IMG/VR virus record: IMGVR_UViG_3300048851_000200 | Coordinates: 1-44,976 of that record | Origin: a virus | Taxonomy: Duplodnaviria > Caudoviricetes | Strand: one strand, 5' to 3' | Length of the DNA: 44,976 nt | Shown here: positions 17,025 through 26,573 of the stretch, in pieces | Layout of the letters: each line of letters opens with the position of its first letter | Position numbering within the stretch: position 1 is the first letter of the stretch | Notes under the pieces: generated by a model | Databases searched by the model: none | Seen by the model: only the letters and a program-made list of their open reading frames with translations | What the model was told of the DNA's origin: nothing | Program-made: the position numbers and the translations under genes

Positions 17025-20000
17025 GCGGCCTCACCGGCAATGCTGATGGCCTGGCCGCCAGCTGCGGCCGACACGTCCTCGAGCACGCGCGCCGAGCGCC
17101 CGGCCTGGGCTGCGGTACCCGCATGGCCCGCGTTGTTGTCGCTGCGCAGTTGTGCCACCTCGTCGCGCAGCGCGTGCAGCTCGGTGAGCAAGTCGTCGTT
17201 TGCGGCTGCGGGGCTGTTCGCCTGCGTCGTGGTTGCGGCCGAGGCCAGCGCCGATGCCGAAGACGTTCCGGTGTTCGCACCGGTGATCGCAGCGATCAGG
17301 CCGGCGGTGCCTTCCAGGCTCGCTGCGACCTGGGCCTTGACCCGATCCAGCTCCTGCCGGCTCGTTGCGGTGTTGCCCGCCACGGTAAGCAAGGACTGGC
17401 TCAACCCGACAAGCTTGCCGGCTGCATCCTGATCGCCACCGCGCGCCGCCGCAGTGGCGGCGTTGAACTGGCCCTGCAGTAGCGCGAAGCTGCCCGTCGC
17501 GGAGCCATCGGTGAGGCCACGGATCCGGTTCACCTCGGCCATGATCCCGTCGCCAACCGACGACCACGCCTGGCGCAGCTGATCGGCCGCAGCAGCAGCA
17601 TCCTTCGCGTCCTGCAAGGCCCAGACCTGCTGCTGCAGCGCCCGGTTGCTGGGATCGATCGCGGCGAGGTCCAGCGCGCGGATCGCCGCGGTGTCACCCT
17701 GTAGCTCGAGCAGTTGGCGCTGAAGGTCCTGCTGCTCCGACAAGATGTCGGCCGCGCTCTTGGCGCCTGACATGGCCGACTGCAGATCCGCGAAGGCCGG
17801 CGCGAGCTGCAGCAGCGTCGCATAGGTCGACTGTCCGGCGGCCGTGGTCAGGTCCTGCGCCTCCACCAGCAAGCGGAACGCCGCGATCGAGCTAGGCATG
17901 GTCGCGCCGAGGCTCGCGAACACCTGGGCCATCTGCGCGGTGCGGGCGGTTACCTGCTCCTGCTTGCTATAGTAGGTCTCGAAGTAGGTGCTGGCCGCGC
18001 TGGTGAAGTCGCTGACGCTGTCGAACTGGCCAGCAAGCGCCATCTTGACGTCGGTACTCATCGAGACACCGGCCGAGCCAAGCAGGCCGAGCGAGGCCCT
18101 CACGCTCTCCACTGTCGACGAGACCCGCACCAGCGTCTCGAACAGGCCTTCGCCGACCTTCTGGAACTTCTCTATACCGGGGAACGCGGCCTTCGCCATG
18201 TCGTCCGCCGCGGCACCGAACACAGCGCTGAGCTTCTCCTCGATCTCGTCGCCGGTCAGGCCCTGCAGATCGATCTTGCCGATGTCGACGACGAAGCCGT
18301 TCAGCTTCTGCGTGATCTCGTCCGTCGAGACGCCGAGCGGACCAGCGGCGGCCATGATCGCCTGATCGAACTGCCTCAGGATCAGCGTGAACTGGTTCTC
18401 CAGCCCGCTGTCCGCATCGCTGTACTTGGTCGAGTACTTCGTGGACGTCGTGATGCCGAACAGCTTCTTCTTCTTTTGCACGTCGCTGTAATAGGACGCG
18501 TCGAAGCCGCTCCCGAGGATGTCACCCAGCGACTGCGCGTCGCCGAACAGCCCGCTGCCCACCACCTTCGTCGAGATGCCGAACAGGCTTTTGAGGATGC
18601 CTCCCACGAGCGGGATTGCACCCAGCGCCGAGCCGATGGCGTTGGCCTTGAAGCCTTCCGTCACGCTGCCGCTGGCGTTCACGTCGCCGGTGCGCAGCAC
18701 CAGCGAGGCGAAGCCGCCAATCTGGCTGTCGATCGACTGGAGCGAAGACGCCATCTGGCGCGAGTAGGTGAGCATGACGGTGTCCACCTCCTTCAGTGCG
18801 TCGATCGAGCGCTTGATGCTTTCGCTCTTCGCCGTGGCGTCGCCCAGGACCGTGCCAGTGCCGTCGTTGGCCTTGGGCAGCGTGTTCTTGCCGCCGCCCA
18901 GGGAGCCGATGACCGAGATCCCGGCCGCGACCAGAGCGGCAGCCGTCGCCGCCATGGCGGCGATGTTGAGCGGAAACGGAAGCTTCGACTGCGCAGCGAT
19001 GCCGGCTGTGCCCTCCGCAGTTGCTTGTGCCGCCGCCCCAGTCACCCGGGTGGTGGTCTCGAGCGCGCTCTGGATCATTGACTGCAGCGACATCGCCAGC
19101 TGGATCGCGCGGAACACCTTCTCGGCCGCTTCCATGGCCTTGTACCCGGCCGAGTGCTCCTTGAAGAAGCCCTTCGCCGCGTCGGTCATGTCGCCGAATG
19201 CCTGGATCTGCGCGCCCGACGAGCGGAGCGCGAAAAGAGTGCGCTCCTGCGCCAGCTGCTTCTCGTCGCCGTTGGCCCTCTTGATGGCGGCCTCATGCTC
19301 CTGCTCGGCGCGGGTTCGGCTCGCCTGATAGTTCGCGTAGATGGAGGCCATGTCGCCGATCGCGCGACCGGCAGTGCCGAAAGCGTCAGCCATGCCCTGG
19401 CCAGCAGCCTGCACCTTGCCGGCGATGATGTCCCACTTGTCGGCGGTGAACGTCAGGGCGTCGTTGTAGGCGCGAGTGTCGTCTGCAAGCTTCTGAGTAG
19501 CGTCCGAGATAGCCACCTGCTGTTTGACGTATGCCTGCTGGTGCGCAACGTCCTGGTACTTCTCCAGCGCCTCCTGAGTAGCCCGGATCGTCGCAAGTTC
19601 GTGAATGCGCGCCGCGTCGCTGGCACCGATAAGCCCGATCTCGGCTTGGAGTAGAGCGAGCTGATTGGCGCCGCCTACTGCGTCCTTGTCGAACCGAGTC
19701 TGCTCCTCTTCCGCGCGCAACTTCTGACGGGCTGCACGCTGCTTTTCCAGCATGTCAGCCGCCGCCTGCGCTTCCTTCGCCAAGTGCTGTTGATTGGCGG
19801 CCTGGATCGCGGCCAGCAGCTGCTGATCAGCGATGTCATCCTTTACCTGGTTGTCGACATCGTAGACCGACATACCGGCCGCAACCATGAGGTTGGCACG
19901 GGCCTGCGCATCAGCCTGATCCTTGAGAGCCGCCGTGGCCTTTGCCGCGTCCTTAACCCGCTCGGCGATGGCCAGACGGACCTGGCGGTTGACGAAAACC

Positions 20001-22096
20001 TCGATATCGCCGCGCTTCTTGATCGCGTCGCTCTCCGCCTTGACCCGAGCCTCGGCGATCAGCGCCGCAGCGCCAGACACGCCATAGGCGTCGGCAAGCG
20101 CATAGAGGTTCCTGATTTGCGCTTCGATCGCCTCGTTCTCACGTGCCAGCTGCTCGGCATGGTGATCTACCTTCGGCTTCCTGGGTGTACGATCAGCCTT
20201 AATCGCGGCAGCCTGTTCAGCCATCCGATCCTTGGCGCTCTGCTTAGCGTTGTGACCGACCTGCGCCCAGAAAGCGTCGTCAGCCTTGCGCGCGCGCGCA
20301 TAGGCGTTGGTATAGACGTCCCCCAGTTCCTTCGCCGACTTCGCCGCCGCGCCCGCGTTTGCGTTCGCAAGAGGGTCGATCTGGGGGGCGCTGACGTTGC
20401 CGAGATGCACGAACGACAGCTTGTTCGCCGATGCGATGAAGCCGTTGAGCTGATCGACACCGGCCTTCACCAGCCCATTGAGAGCGGTGATCGCAGCGTT
20501 GACACCCTGAACGAACAGATCGCCAAAGACTGCGGGGAAGCTGCCCCACACAATCTTCACGGCATCGAAGGTGCCGTAGATCACGGCCGTAATCCCCGAG
20601 GAGACGGTGAGCCAGCCCTTCAGCACCGAGTCGAACGCATCAGATGCCGAACTCTTCAGGCTGTCCCACGGACCTGAGAAATCGGCGTTGTCCGACAGCG
20701 CCTTCCAGAGCCCGGACATGACATCGCCCGTGGTGACGGTCACGTCCCCCAGGGCTTTGATCTTGCCACCAGCCTTGTCGACGCCGTCGCTGAGCTGAAG
20801 CATTTCCTTGTGCGTCAGGCCGAGGCTGTCTCGGTACCTGGTCAACTCGCCGGAGTCTTTCACCTGCCCCTGGAACTTCGTCAGAGCGACGTACGCGGTG
20901 CCCGCGACTGCCGCCAACGTGAGCAGGATCGGGTTGGTCACGGTGAACAGCAGCGCTGCCTTGGTCGCTTGACCGATCGACGCAGCGAAGCCCTTCATGC
21001 CACCTTCTGCCATCTGGGCGATCTGGAAGATCTGACCTGCCTGGCTGGCGAAAATCTGCATAGGCGGCGCGCCGAGCGCGGCCATGGTCGCGACGTCGTT
21101 CAGCTGGAACGACAGCTGGGTTAGCATGCCGGAATTGCGGGAACCTGCCTTGACGACCGCATCGTGCGCCCTGCCAACCTCGTTCAATCGGCCGGTCAGG
21201 ACCTGCTGCTGCCGCGCGTACTCTGCCGGCGCGGTCGCTCCCAAATGGTAGAGGCGCGTGCTCTCGGCAATCTCGGCGTTCAGGCGCTTCGTGGCGGCGT
21301 AGAGCGGGTCAGTCGTCTCGCGAAGGCGCTCGGCCGCCGCGGCATCCGCCATCTGGGCTGCGTGGGACGCCTGAACAATGCCAGCGAGGCGCTGCTGCTC
21401 ATCGGCCAGTCGCTTGGTGGCGAGCGCAGCGGCGTCCTTATCCCGCTTCTCGTCTTCAAGAAACTTGGCTGTGAGCGCGCTGTAGGTGGCCCCCATGCCC
21501 GGGTCGGTCGCCTTTTCCCGCCCGAGGCCAGTGTTGGCCCTGATAGCAGCCTCAAGCTGCTCCCGCACGGCGAGCTGCGAATTGACCGCGCGCAGTGAGG
21601 CGATCTCGGCATCAGCAGCGCGCTCTGCCGCCGCGATACGAGCTTGCGCAGCCTGCTCGGCTGCAGCGGCTTCCTTGGCCTGCAACGCGATCTCGCTGTT
21701 GATCAGTCGTTCCGCAAGTTCGGAAAGGCCGGTGCGCTCGGCCGCGACGGCCGCCATCTCGACCTTGTTTGCGCGCAACTCGGCGCGGGAAAGGCCGAAT
21801 GCGGTGTTCTGCCGCTCCAGCTGGCGCACCAGCGCCTCGCCGGCATTCTCCGCCTTGGCCGTATCCCGAGCGGCTGACTGCATTTCTCGCGAAACCGAGT
21901 TTCCGAAGGCGGTGAGCTGGGCCGTGGCGCCAGCGAGGTTCAATACCCCCTTGCTGGCGGCCTCAAGGCGCTGAAACTCACGCACTGCGTTGGCCTGAGT
22001 GACGCCGATCAGATCATCCAGCGAGCGCAGTTGCCCAAAGCTATCATGGAAGTCGATGGCGAAGCCGACGCCGAGCATCGCACCTTCTTCGTCCAT
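17021..22096 (-). CDS. Tail tape measure protein
   Basis: 1691 aa, Ala-rich and helical; QLSFQLNDVAT...PMQIF..Q.GQI motif; position downstream of the tail chaperones. Confidence 0.93.
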   Translation of the reverse strand: MDEEGAMLGVGFAIDFHDSFGQLRSLDDLIGVTQANAVREFQRLEAASKGVLNLAGATAQLTAFGNSVSREMQSAARDTAKAENAGEALVRQLERQNTAFGLSRAELRANKVEMAAVAAERTGLSELAERLINSEIALQAKEAAAAEQAAQARIAAAERAADAEIASLRAVNSQLAVREQLEAAIRANTGLGREKATDPGMGATYSALTAKFLEDEKRDKDAAALATKRLADEQQRLAGIVQASHAAQMADAAAAERLRETTDPLYAATKRLNAEIAESTRLYHLGATAPAEYARQQQVLTGRLNEVGRAHDAVVKAGSRNSGMLTQLSFQLNDVATMAALGAPPMQIFASQAGQIFQIAQMAEGGMKGFAASIGQATKAALLFTVTNPILLTLAAVAGTAYVALTKFQGQVKDSGELTRYRDSLGLTHKEMLQLSDGVDKAGGKIKALGDVTVTTGDVMSGLWKALSDNADFSGPWDSLKSSASDAFDSVLKGWLTVSSGITAVIYGTFDAVKIVWGSFPAVFGDLFVQGVNAAITALNGLVKAGVDQLNGFIASANKLSFVHLGNVSAPQIDPLANANAGAAAKSAKELGDVYTNAYARARKADDAFWAQVGHNAKQSAKDRMAEQAAAIKADRTPRKPKVDHHAEQLARENEAIEAQIRNLYALADAYGVSGAAALIAEARVKAESDAIKKRGDIEVFVNRQVRLAIAERVKDAAKATAALKDQADAQARANLMVAAGMSVYDVDNQVKDDIADQQLLAAIQAANQQHLAKEAQAAADMLEKQRAARQKLRAEEEQTRFDKDAVGGANQLALLQAEIGLIGASDAARIHELATIRATQEALEKYQDVAHQQAYVKQQVAISDATQKLADDTRAYNDALTFTADKWDIIAGKVQAAGQGMADAFGTAGRAIGDMASIYANYQASRTRAEQEHEAAIKRANGDEKQLAQERTLFALRSSGAQIQAFGDMTDAAKGFFKEHSAGYKAMEAAEKVFRAIQLAMSLQSMIQSALETTTRVTGAAAQATAEGTAGIAAQSKLPFPLNIAAMAATAAALVAAGISVIGSLGGGKNTLPKANDGTGTVLGDATAKSESIKRSIDALKEVDTVMLTYSRQMASSLQSIDSQIGGFASLVLRTGDVNASGSVTEGFKANAIGSALGAIPLVGGILKSLFGISTKVVGSGLFGDAQSLGDILGSGFDASYYSDVQKKKKLFGITTSTKYSTKYSDADSGLENQFTLILRQFDQAIMAAAGPLGVSTDEITQKLNGFVVDIGKIDLQGLTGDEIEEKLSAVFGAAADDMAKAAFPGIEKFQKVGEGLFETLVRVSSTVESVRASLGLLGSAGVSMSTDVKMALAGQFDSVSDFTSAASTYFETYYSKQEQVTARTAQMAQVFASLGATMPSSIAAFRLLVEAQDLTTAAGQSTYATLLQLAPAFADLQSAMSGAKSAADILSEQQDLQRQLLELQGDTAAIRALDLAAIDPSNRALQQQVWALQDAKDAAAAADQLRQAWSSVGDGIMAEVNRIRGLTDGSATGSFALLQGQFNAATAAARGGDQDAAGKLVGLSQSLLTVAGNTATSRQELDRVKAQVAASLEGTAGLIAAITGANTGTSSASALASAATTTQANSPAAANDDLLTELHALRDEVAQLRSDNNAGHAGTAAQAGRSARVLEDVSAAAGGQAISIAGEAA

Positions 22097-22111
22097 GCGA
22101 GCCTCCTATGG

Positions 22112-22144
22112 AAAAGAGGACGGCCCATCACTGGACCGTCCTCT
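22112..22144 (-). terminator. Rho-independent terminator after the lipoprotein moron
   Basis: AGAGGACGG...CCGTCCTCT stem followed by TTT on the minus strand. Confidence 0.6.
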
Positions 22145-22185
22145 AGTTCAGCCTTGCGGTAATCGCCCAACCTAATCGAAAAGGC

Positions 22186-22629
22186 TTACCTATCTGATGC
22201 CTTGATTTGCTTGTCGAAGCTCGCGAGTTCAGACTTTAGCTTTTCGTATTCAGCCTGCTTGCTCGCGCTAAGAGGCTCGGTTTGCTCGCCGAGTAGAGAA
22301 TTGATACGATCGACCAACTTATTTCTTTGATCCATCAGATCGTTATGCTTCTTCGTCTTCGCTTCCTGTGCCTCAGAAAGCTTGATGGCATCCCGCACTG
22401 TGGCCGGCTCCGCGCCACTGGCGGTCACAATCTCATTGCCGACCCCAGCCATCATGCGTGACATAACGTAGCGACCAAACGCCGCCCGCTCGTCGGGATC
22501 TAACTTCTGCGCAACCTCTTGTACCGCTGCGCCGTCAGTGAAGTCGATGTCGTGGATTTTCGTGTCCCGAACGTCACCGCAACCCGCCAAACCCAATGCG
22601 GCCAATAAAACTAGCGCCGGCATCCGCAT
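22186..22629 (-). CDS. Lipoprotein moron
   Basis: MRMPALVLLAALGLAG-C lipobox; GGGGG RBS; own terminator; inserted between the chaperone and tape measure genes. Confidence 0.8.
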   Translation of the reverse strand: MRMPALVLLAALGLAGCGDVRDTKIHDIDFTDGAAVQEVAQKLDPDERAAFGRYVMSRMMAGVGNEIVTASGAEPATVRDAIKLSEAQEAKTKKHNDLMDQRNKLVDRINSLLGEQTEPLSASKQAEYEKLKSELASFDKQIKASDR

Positions 22630-22668
22630 ATTCGATCCCCCTTTAACGGGGCATAGATACATCCATCT

Positions 22669-23091
22669 TCACCCAAGCAGAAGCCGCAAGCGGTCCACCT
22701 CGACCTCCTTCTCGCGCTCGCTGACTGGAGCGCGCCAAGGTGCAGGGCAATTCTCGCTCTCGGCCCGACGCCCTTCCGCCAGGTACTCGACCGAAAGCTT
22801 ACGCAGCAGCCGCAGCTCCCATCGCGGCAGCCGGATACCGAAGGCATGCTGCCATCCAGTGATAGATTGCCAGCTGATGGGTCCGGCACCCATTCCAGCC
22901 GCTTCGGTGAGACCGATCTCGAGAAGCCGGGTTAGGATATACGGGGCGGGGTTCGACGGCATCGGCGGAACGATGCCGTCCTTCTTCATCTGTTCGGCCC
23001 GGCTCAGCGCTAGGGGCTGTCCCTCAGCCTTGGCTCGCTTACTGCCCTCGGGCGGCTTGGGCGTGGCATTCAGCCACGCCATCTGCCGCAC
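22669..23091 (-). CDS. Tail assembly chaperone, C-terminal frameshift extension (gpT-like)
   Basis: Lies in the -1 frame relative to 23100-23519 and is open from the slippery site. Confidence 0.8.
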   Translation of the reverse strand: MRQMAWLNATPKPPEGSKRAKAEGQPLALSRAEQMKKDGIVPPMPSNPAPYILTRLLEIGLTEAAGMGAGPISWQSITGWQHAFGIRLPRWELRLLRKLSVEYLAEGRRAESENCPAPWRAPVSEREKEVEVDRLRLLLG

Positions 23092-23099
23092 GTAGAGCG

Positions 23100-23519
23100 T
23101 CAGCCCACGGTCGATGCGGGCTTGAACTTTCCCCAGTCACGCAGTGCCTTCAGCACCTGCTCCTTGATGAAGCCAAGCTTCTTGTCGGAGTACAGGGCCT
23201 TGTACAGCTCCACGCCCTGCTTGCCGGTAGCGTCGGGATATTCGAAGTTCTCAAAGCCTGCAGTGACACGGGCCAGGTCGTCGGCCGCTTCAGCGTCGCG
23301 CTGCTCCTTCGGGATCATGTCGAGCTTGTTGTCGTTGTCCTGCATCCGCTTAACGATGCGCGCATGCTGACGATCTTCGAGCTCAGCAAACTCTGTCGAG
23401 CCGGGGCCATAGACCACGATACCGACGGGCTTGCCGTCATCGTACAAATGGGTGCCATCCGCGCCCTTGAGGTGAATGGTGGTAGTGTCGACGACGCGCT
23501 GAGTGGTGATATCGAACAT
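23100..23519 (-). CDS. Tail assembly chaperone (gpG-like)
   Basis: Between the tail tube and tape measure genes; carries the slippery site; ATG 23519. Confidence 0.82.
   Translation of the reverse strand: MFDITTQRVVDTTTIHLKGADGTHLYDDGKPVGIVVYGPGSTEFAELEDRQHARIVKRMQDNDNKLDMIPKEQRDAEAADDLARVTAGFENFEYPDATGKQGVELYKALYSDKKLGFIKEQVLKALRDWGKFKPASTVG
23127..23133 (-). other. Programmed -1 ribosomal frameshift site G GGA AAG
   Basis: In-frame TGG GGA AAG, the same heptamer as the lambda G/T site; the -1 frame reads KVQARIDRGLTLYVRQMAW into the next ORF. Confidence 0.85.
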
Positions 23520-23628
23520 GGGAAAGTCCTTTCGCGGGAAGGAAGGTGCGCCAGCCCGGCCCACAGCCCGCGATGAGCAAGCCGGGCTGGCGCGTGAAAG
23601 CCGGTGCGGGCGACCGGTGTCTGGTGGA

Positions 23629-24078
23629 TTACGCCGCCGCGACCTTCACGATGGGCGTGTTGATCTCGATGGTCGGCTTGACCATGATGATGCTGTCGGC
23701 ATTACCGACGTCCTCCGGATACCCGAACACACGGCCTTGGAAGTAACGCTTGGCGCCATCCGGGTAGGTAACGAGGAACGCGTAGAGCGCATTGTTGGTC
23801 GGGTTCGAGGCGGTCTGCATCAGGATCTGCCCGGCGTCGGCGCCGTCCAGTGCGATCGAGGGCTGAAGCGAGCCGTAGTCGGTCGAGCCCTTGTGCTTCT
23901 GCTTCGCACCCTTGAGGGGCTGAAACTCGACCTTCGCGGTGGTGGCGCCGATGGTGCCGAGCTGATCGGGGCCGCCGATCTCGGTGTAGGTCAGCGCGGC
24001 GTAGCCGGCAGCGTCTTGGGTGGCGGGGACGGCGGCCGAAATTGCGATCGCGGTGCCCGCTGCGGTAGTGGTTCCCAT
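23629..24078 (-). CDS. Major tail tube protein
   Basis: Position after the tail terminator and before the chaperones; 149 aa; K.KGS.DYG and V.YPDG.KRYF.G.V tube-like motifs. Confidence 0.85.
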   Translation of the reverse strand: MGTTTAAGTAIAISAAVPATQDAAGYAALTYTEIGGPDQLGTIGATTAKVEFQPLKGAKQKHKGSTDYGSLQPSIALDGADAGQILMQTASNPTNNALYAFLVTYPDGAKRYFQGRVFGYPEDVGNADSIIMVKPTIEINTPIVKVAAA

Positions 24079-24144
24079 CTTACTTCTCCTTGGGGGGGTG
24101 CCGGTCGATCCGGCTCAAACCGTCCGCGCGGGCGGACGAACTGG

Positions 24145-24339
24145 TTAGGCGCCGCCCTTTGCCTCGGCGCTGGCGGCGCGCTGCTCCTCGGCAGTCGCCT
24201 CGCGGGCGAGGCCGGCAGCCTTGTAGTTGATGAATGCGCCCTCGCTGACGGGCAGGACGTCGTTGGCAGTGAAGTTCTGCTCGGTGCCAGCATCGTTGAA
24301 GTCGCGAATGATGAAGGCGCTCTTGGTCTTGTCGGTCAT
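24145..24339 (-). CDS. Small hypothetical virion-region protein (64 aa)
   Basis: AGGAG RBS before ATG 24339 (MTDKTKSAF...). Confidence 0.7.
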   Translation of the reverse strand: MTDKTKSAFIIRDFNDAGTEQNFTANDVLPVSEGAFINYKAAGLAREATAEEQRAASAEAKGGA

Positions 24340-24353
24340 GGTCGTCTCCTGTT

Positions 24354-24755
24354 TCAAACGGGCGCATCGTACGAGACGCGGAAGTCTTGGGTTTGCTCGA
24401 AGGTGTTGCCCGGGCCATCCACATCGGGGCCGAGACCGGCAGTCAGGATCGAGACGCGGATGCCGCCGCCGATGTCGCCAGTCCGGCCGGAGCAGCAATC
24501 GCGCACAAGGCCGATCAAGTGGCCCTTCTCGCGGTAGCTCTGGGACCGGGCGAGCACTGCGACGCGATCGGTGCGGCGCTCCCATCCGGAGCGCTTGAGT
24601 GGGTGCTGTTCGGTACCGCTGACCACCCGCACCAGCAGTGCAGGAAGGGTAGCGGTCTCCGACAGGCGGCCGGCCTTCATGTTCTCGGGCGGGACTACGG
24701 CGACAAGGGCCCCGTCCGCTTCGAGCAGCGCGCCGATGATCAGGGCACCGGTCAC
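24354..24755 (-). CDS. Tail terminator/completion protein (DUF3168-like)
   Basis: Size and position in the neck cluster; C-terminal QTQDFRV.Y. Confidence 0.72.
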   Translation of the reverse strand: MTGALIIGALLEADGALVAVVPPENMKAGRLSETATLPALLVRVVSGTEQHPLKRSGWERRTDRVAVLARSQSYREKGHLIGLVRDCCSGRTGDIGGGIRVSILTAGLGPDVDGPGNTFEQTQDFRVSYDAPV

Positions 24756-25288
24756 GCGCCATCACCATCGTCGGTGAGCGCAATGCCGGCGCGCGACACG
24801 CGCGCGTTGATGTAGCTCTGCATCGCCGTCACCGCCTCGGCCTCCTTCGTGTCGAGCGCAGGTCGAAGAAAGGGATGAGGACGTGCGCCAGGATGAAAAA
24901 GAGTCTTGCCGACGAACTTGCCGCCGATGACTAGCGAGCCGTCCCCGTCCGCCTCCTTCACCTTGGCGTTGATCCGCCTTATGCCCAGAGCCTGACGCTG
25001 TTCGTCGTCCACGCTGATGAAGTGCGGCGATGTCCCGTATTCCAGCCAGAGCGCCCGCGAGTAGGTCCAGCCGGGTTTGATCGTGACCCTAACGACAACA
25101 CGGTGGTCGTCATTCTTGGTCCGGATCACGACAGCGTCAGCTACCTCATCCGAAACCGAGCGGGACTTCGCTTCATCTGCGATCACGCGCCCGCCCGCAC
25201 GGGCGGCGCCCTGCAGCAAGCGGGTGAGTTGCTCTGGCAGCGACGCAATGTAGGCGGACGCCTCGCTGCGGCCCGTTGCCGTAGCCAT
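24752..25288 (-). CDS. HK97 gp10-family neck/tail completion protein
   Basis: LEYGT and HPGARPHPFLRPALD motifs. Confidence 0.85.
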   Translation of the reverse strand: MATATGRSEASAYIASLPEQLTRLLQGAARAGGRVIADEAKSRSVSDEVADAVVIRTKNDDHRVVVRVTIKPGWTYSRALWLEYGTSPHFISVDDEQRQALGIRRINAKVKEADGDGSLVIGGKFVGKTLFHPGARPHPFLRPALDTKEAEAVTAMQSYINARVSRAGIALTDDGDGA

Positions 25289-25671
25289 CAGGCAGGATTG
25301 CCCGCTGGCCGATACTCCTCGACCATGAACTCGAGCCCATCACGCGTCCCGAGTTCGGCAGGCTCGGTAATCAGCTGCACCGTGCGATCCGTGACCCAGG
25401 CAAGCTGGTCGTCGTCGTCTTTCACATAGTGGCCGATCAGCGCGCGCATGGAGCTATTGATCCCGGGGCGGTAGCGTATCCGAACCCGAGCCGGCCGCGC
25501 CGCCACATTGATGCCGTCGGCCAGCCGTTCTCCGCGGCTCGGGATAGCGTCCTGCACATTGGCCCAGACCTCGGCGACAGGCTCCCAAGTGCCAGAGCCG
25601 GCGCCATCGAAGCTTTGGTCGGGCAGAGGGCGTTCGATGCGAATGCGCCTGTTGAGCGGGCCCTTCTTCAT
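25288..25671 (-). CDS. Head closure / head-tail adaptor
   Basis: G.LNRRI.IE, W..VAEVWA.V and RIRYRPGI...MR motifs. Confidence 0.88.
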   Translation of the reverse strand: MKKGPLNRRIRIERPLPDQSFDGAGSGTWEPVAEVWANVQDAIPSRGERLADGINVAARPARVRIRYRPGINSSMRALIGHYVKDDDDQLAWVTDRTVQLITEPAELGTRDGLEFMVEEYRPAGNPA

Positions 25672-26198
25672 AGCGCGTGCCGCTTGAAACGATGGCAGAG
25701 CCGCTGCGCGGTCTTCTCCGCGTCGGCGAACGTGCTGCCGCCCTCGCGATCGGCGTCATAGGCGCTGATCAGCACGAGCATTGCGCGGCACAGTTGGCGC
25801 GGCACATCGGCCGGGGTTTCGTAGCCAGCGCGGATGGTGATCGTGAACAGCTGGTCGGCACGGCAGAACGGCCAGAACAAAGTCCCGGCGGGTGGTAGGA
25901 CTCGCGCAGGACGGCGGCTCAGGTCGAGCTGCGCTCCGACCAGCGCGACTGGCGCACCGGCATCGTTCAGGTAGGCACCGGCCGGAACGGCGGCGGGCGC
26001 GATCGGCCAGGCGCGGAGCGCCACGGGGCCGAAGCCGCGGAACTGCTCGGTGACTTCGCGAGCCTCAAGGATGTGACCCGTAAAGCCTTCGACCCAGTCC
26101 GCTGCATCGCGGATGAAGTCGAGGATTTCGGCATCCTGTTCGTCGCCGTCGGCGCGGAGCTGCGCCTTTGCCTCGTCCAGAGTTACAGGAAGGGACAT
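25668..26198 (-). CDS. Head-tail connector (HK97 gp6-like)
   Basis: PVTLDEAKAQLR.D..E.D..I and GY....VP..L..AML.LI...Y..RE motifs. Confidence 0.88.
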   Translation of the reverse strand: MSLPVTLDEAKAQLRADGDEQDAEILDFIRDAADWVEGFTGHILEAREVTEQFRGFGPVALRAWPIAPAAVPAGAYLNDAGAPVALVGAQLDLSRRPARVLPPAGTLFWPFCRADQLFTITIRAGYETPADVPRQLCRAMLVLISAYDADREGGSTFADAEKTAQRLCHRFKRHAL

Positions 26199-26228
26199 GG
26201 CGCAACTCCGCCGATCAGGCCGACGAGC

Positions 26229-26522
26229 TTACTTGCTCTGCTCGGCCATGTTCTTTTCGACCGACGCCTGCGTGTCGAGGTGCGGGTCGTTGAAGTCGAT
26301 CTGGTTGGCGATCTTCGGTTGACCCTTGCGCGGGTGGTTGTCGACGGCCGGATGGTCGACGTCGATGCGGTCGACCATCTCGGGCTCGATGAAGGCGCCA
26401 CTGGCGGCCACCTGGGTGGCAGGCGTCAGGGTGTCCTCGGTCATCCCAGCAGTGTCCGACACGCCGGGCACGTCAGAGGTCTTGATGTCGGTCGTGTCGA
26501 CCGTCTGCTTGGTGCTGCTCAT
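26229..26522 (-). CDS. Hypothetical acidic protein downstream of the capsid gene
   Basis: GGAG RBS; host-like codon usage; co-directional. Confidence 0.7.
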   Translation of the reverse strand: MSSTKQTVDTTDIKTSDVPGVSDTAGMTEDTLTPATQVAASGAFIEPEMVDRIDVDHPAVDNHPRKGQPKIANQIDFNDPHLDTQASVEKNMAEQSK

Positions 26523-26573
26523 GGTGGTTCTCCGAAGTGGGGAGGCCGGCCGCGAAGCCGACCCCCGTCAGGA

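Noticed and set aside
13393-24078. Tail tube duplication as a diversity-generating retroelement or invertible shufflon
   Set aside because: No reverse transcriptase or invertase is present, the copies are in direct orientation, and the differences look like ordinary divergence across the whole domain.
23503-24537. 344-aa plus-strand ORF and similar long antisense ORFs (8716-9570, 19784-20677, 30297-31265, 37472-38368)
   Set aside because: They lie opposite well-supported genes and have low-complexity composition with no recognisable domains.
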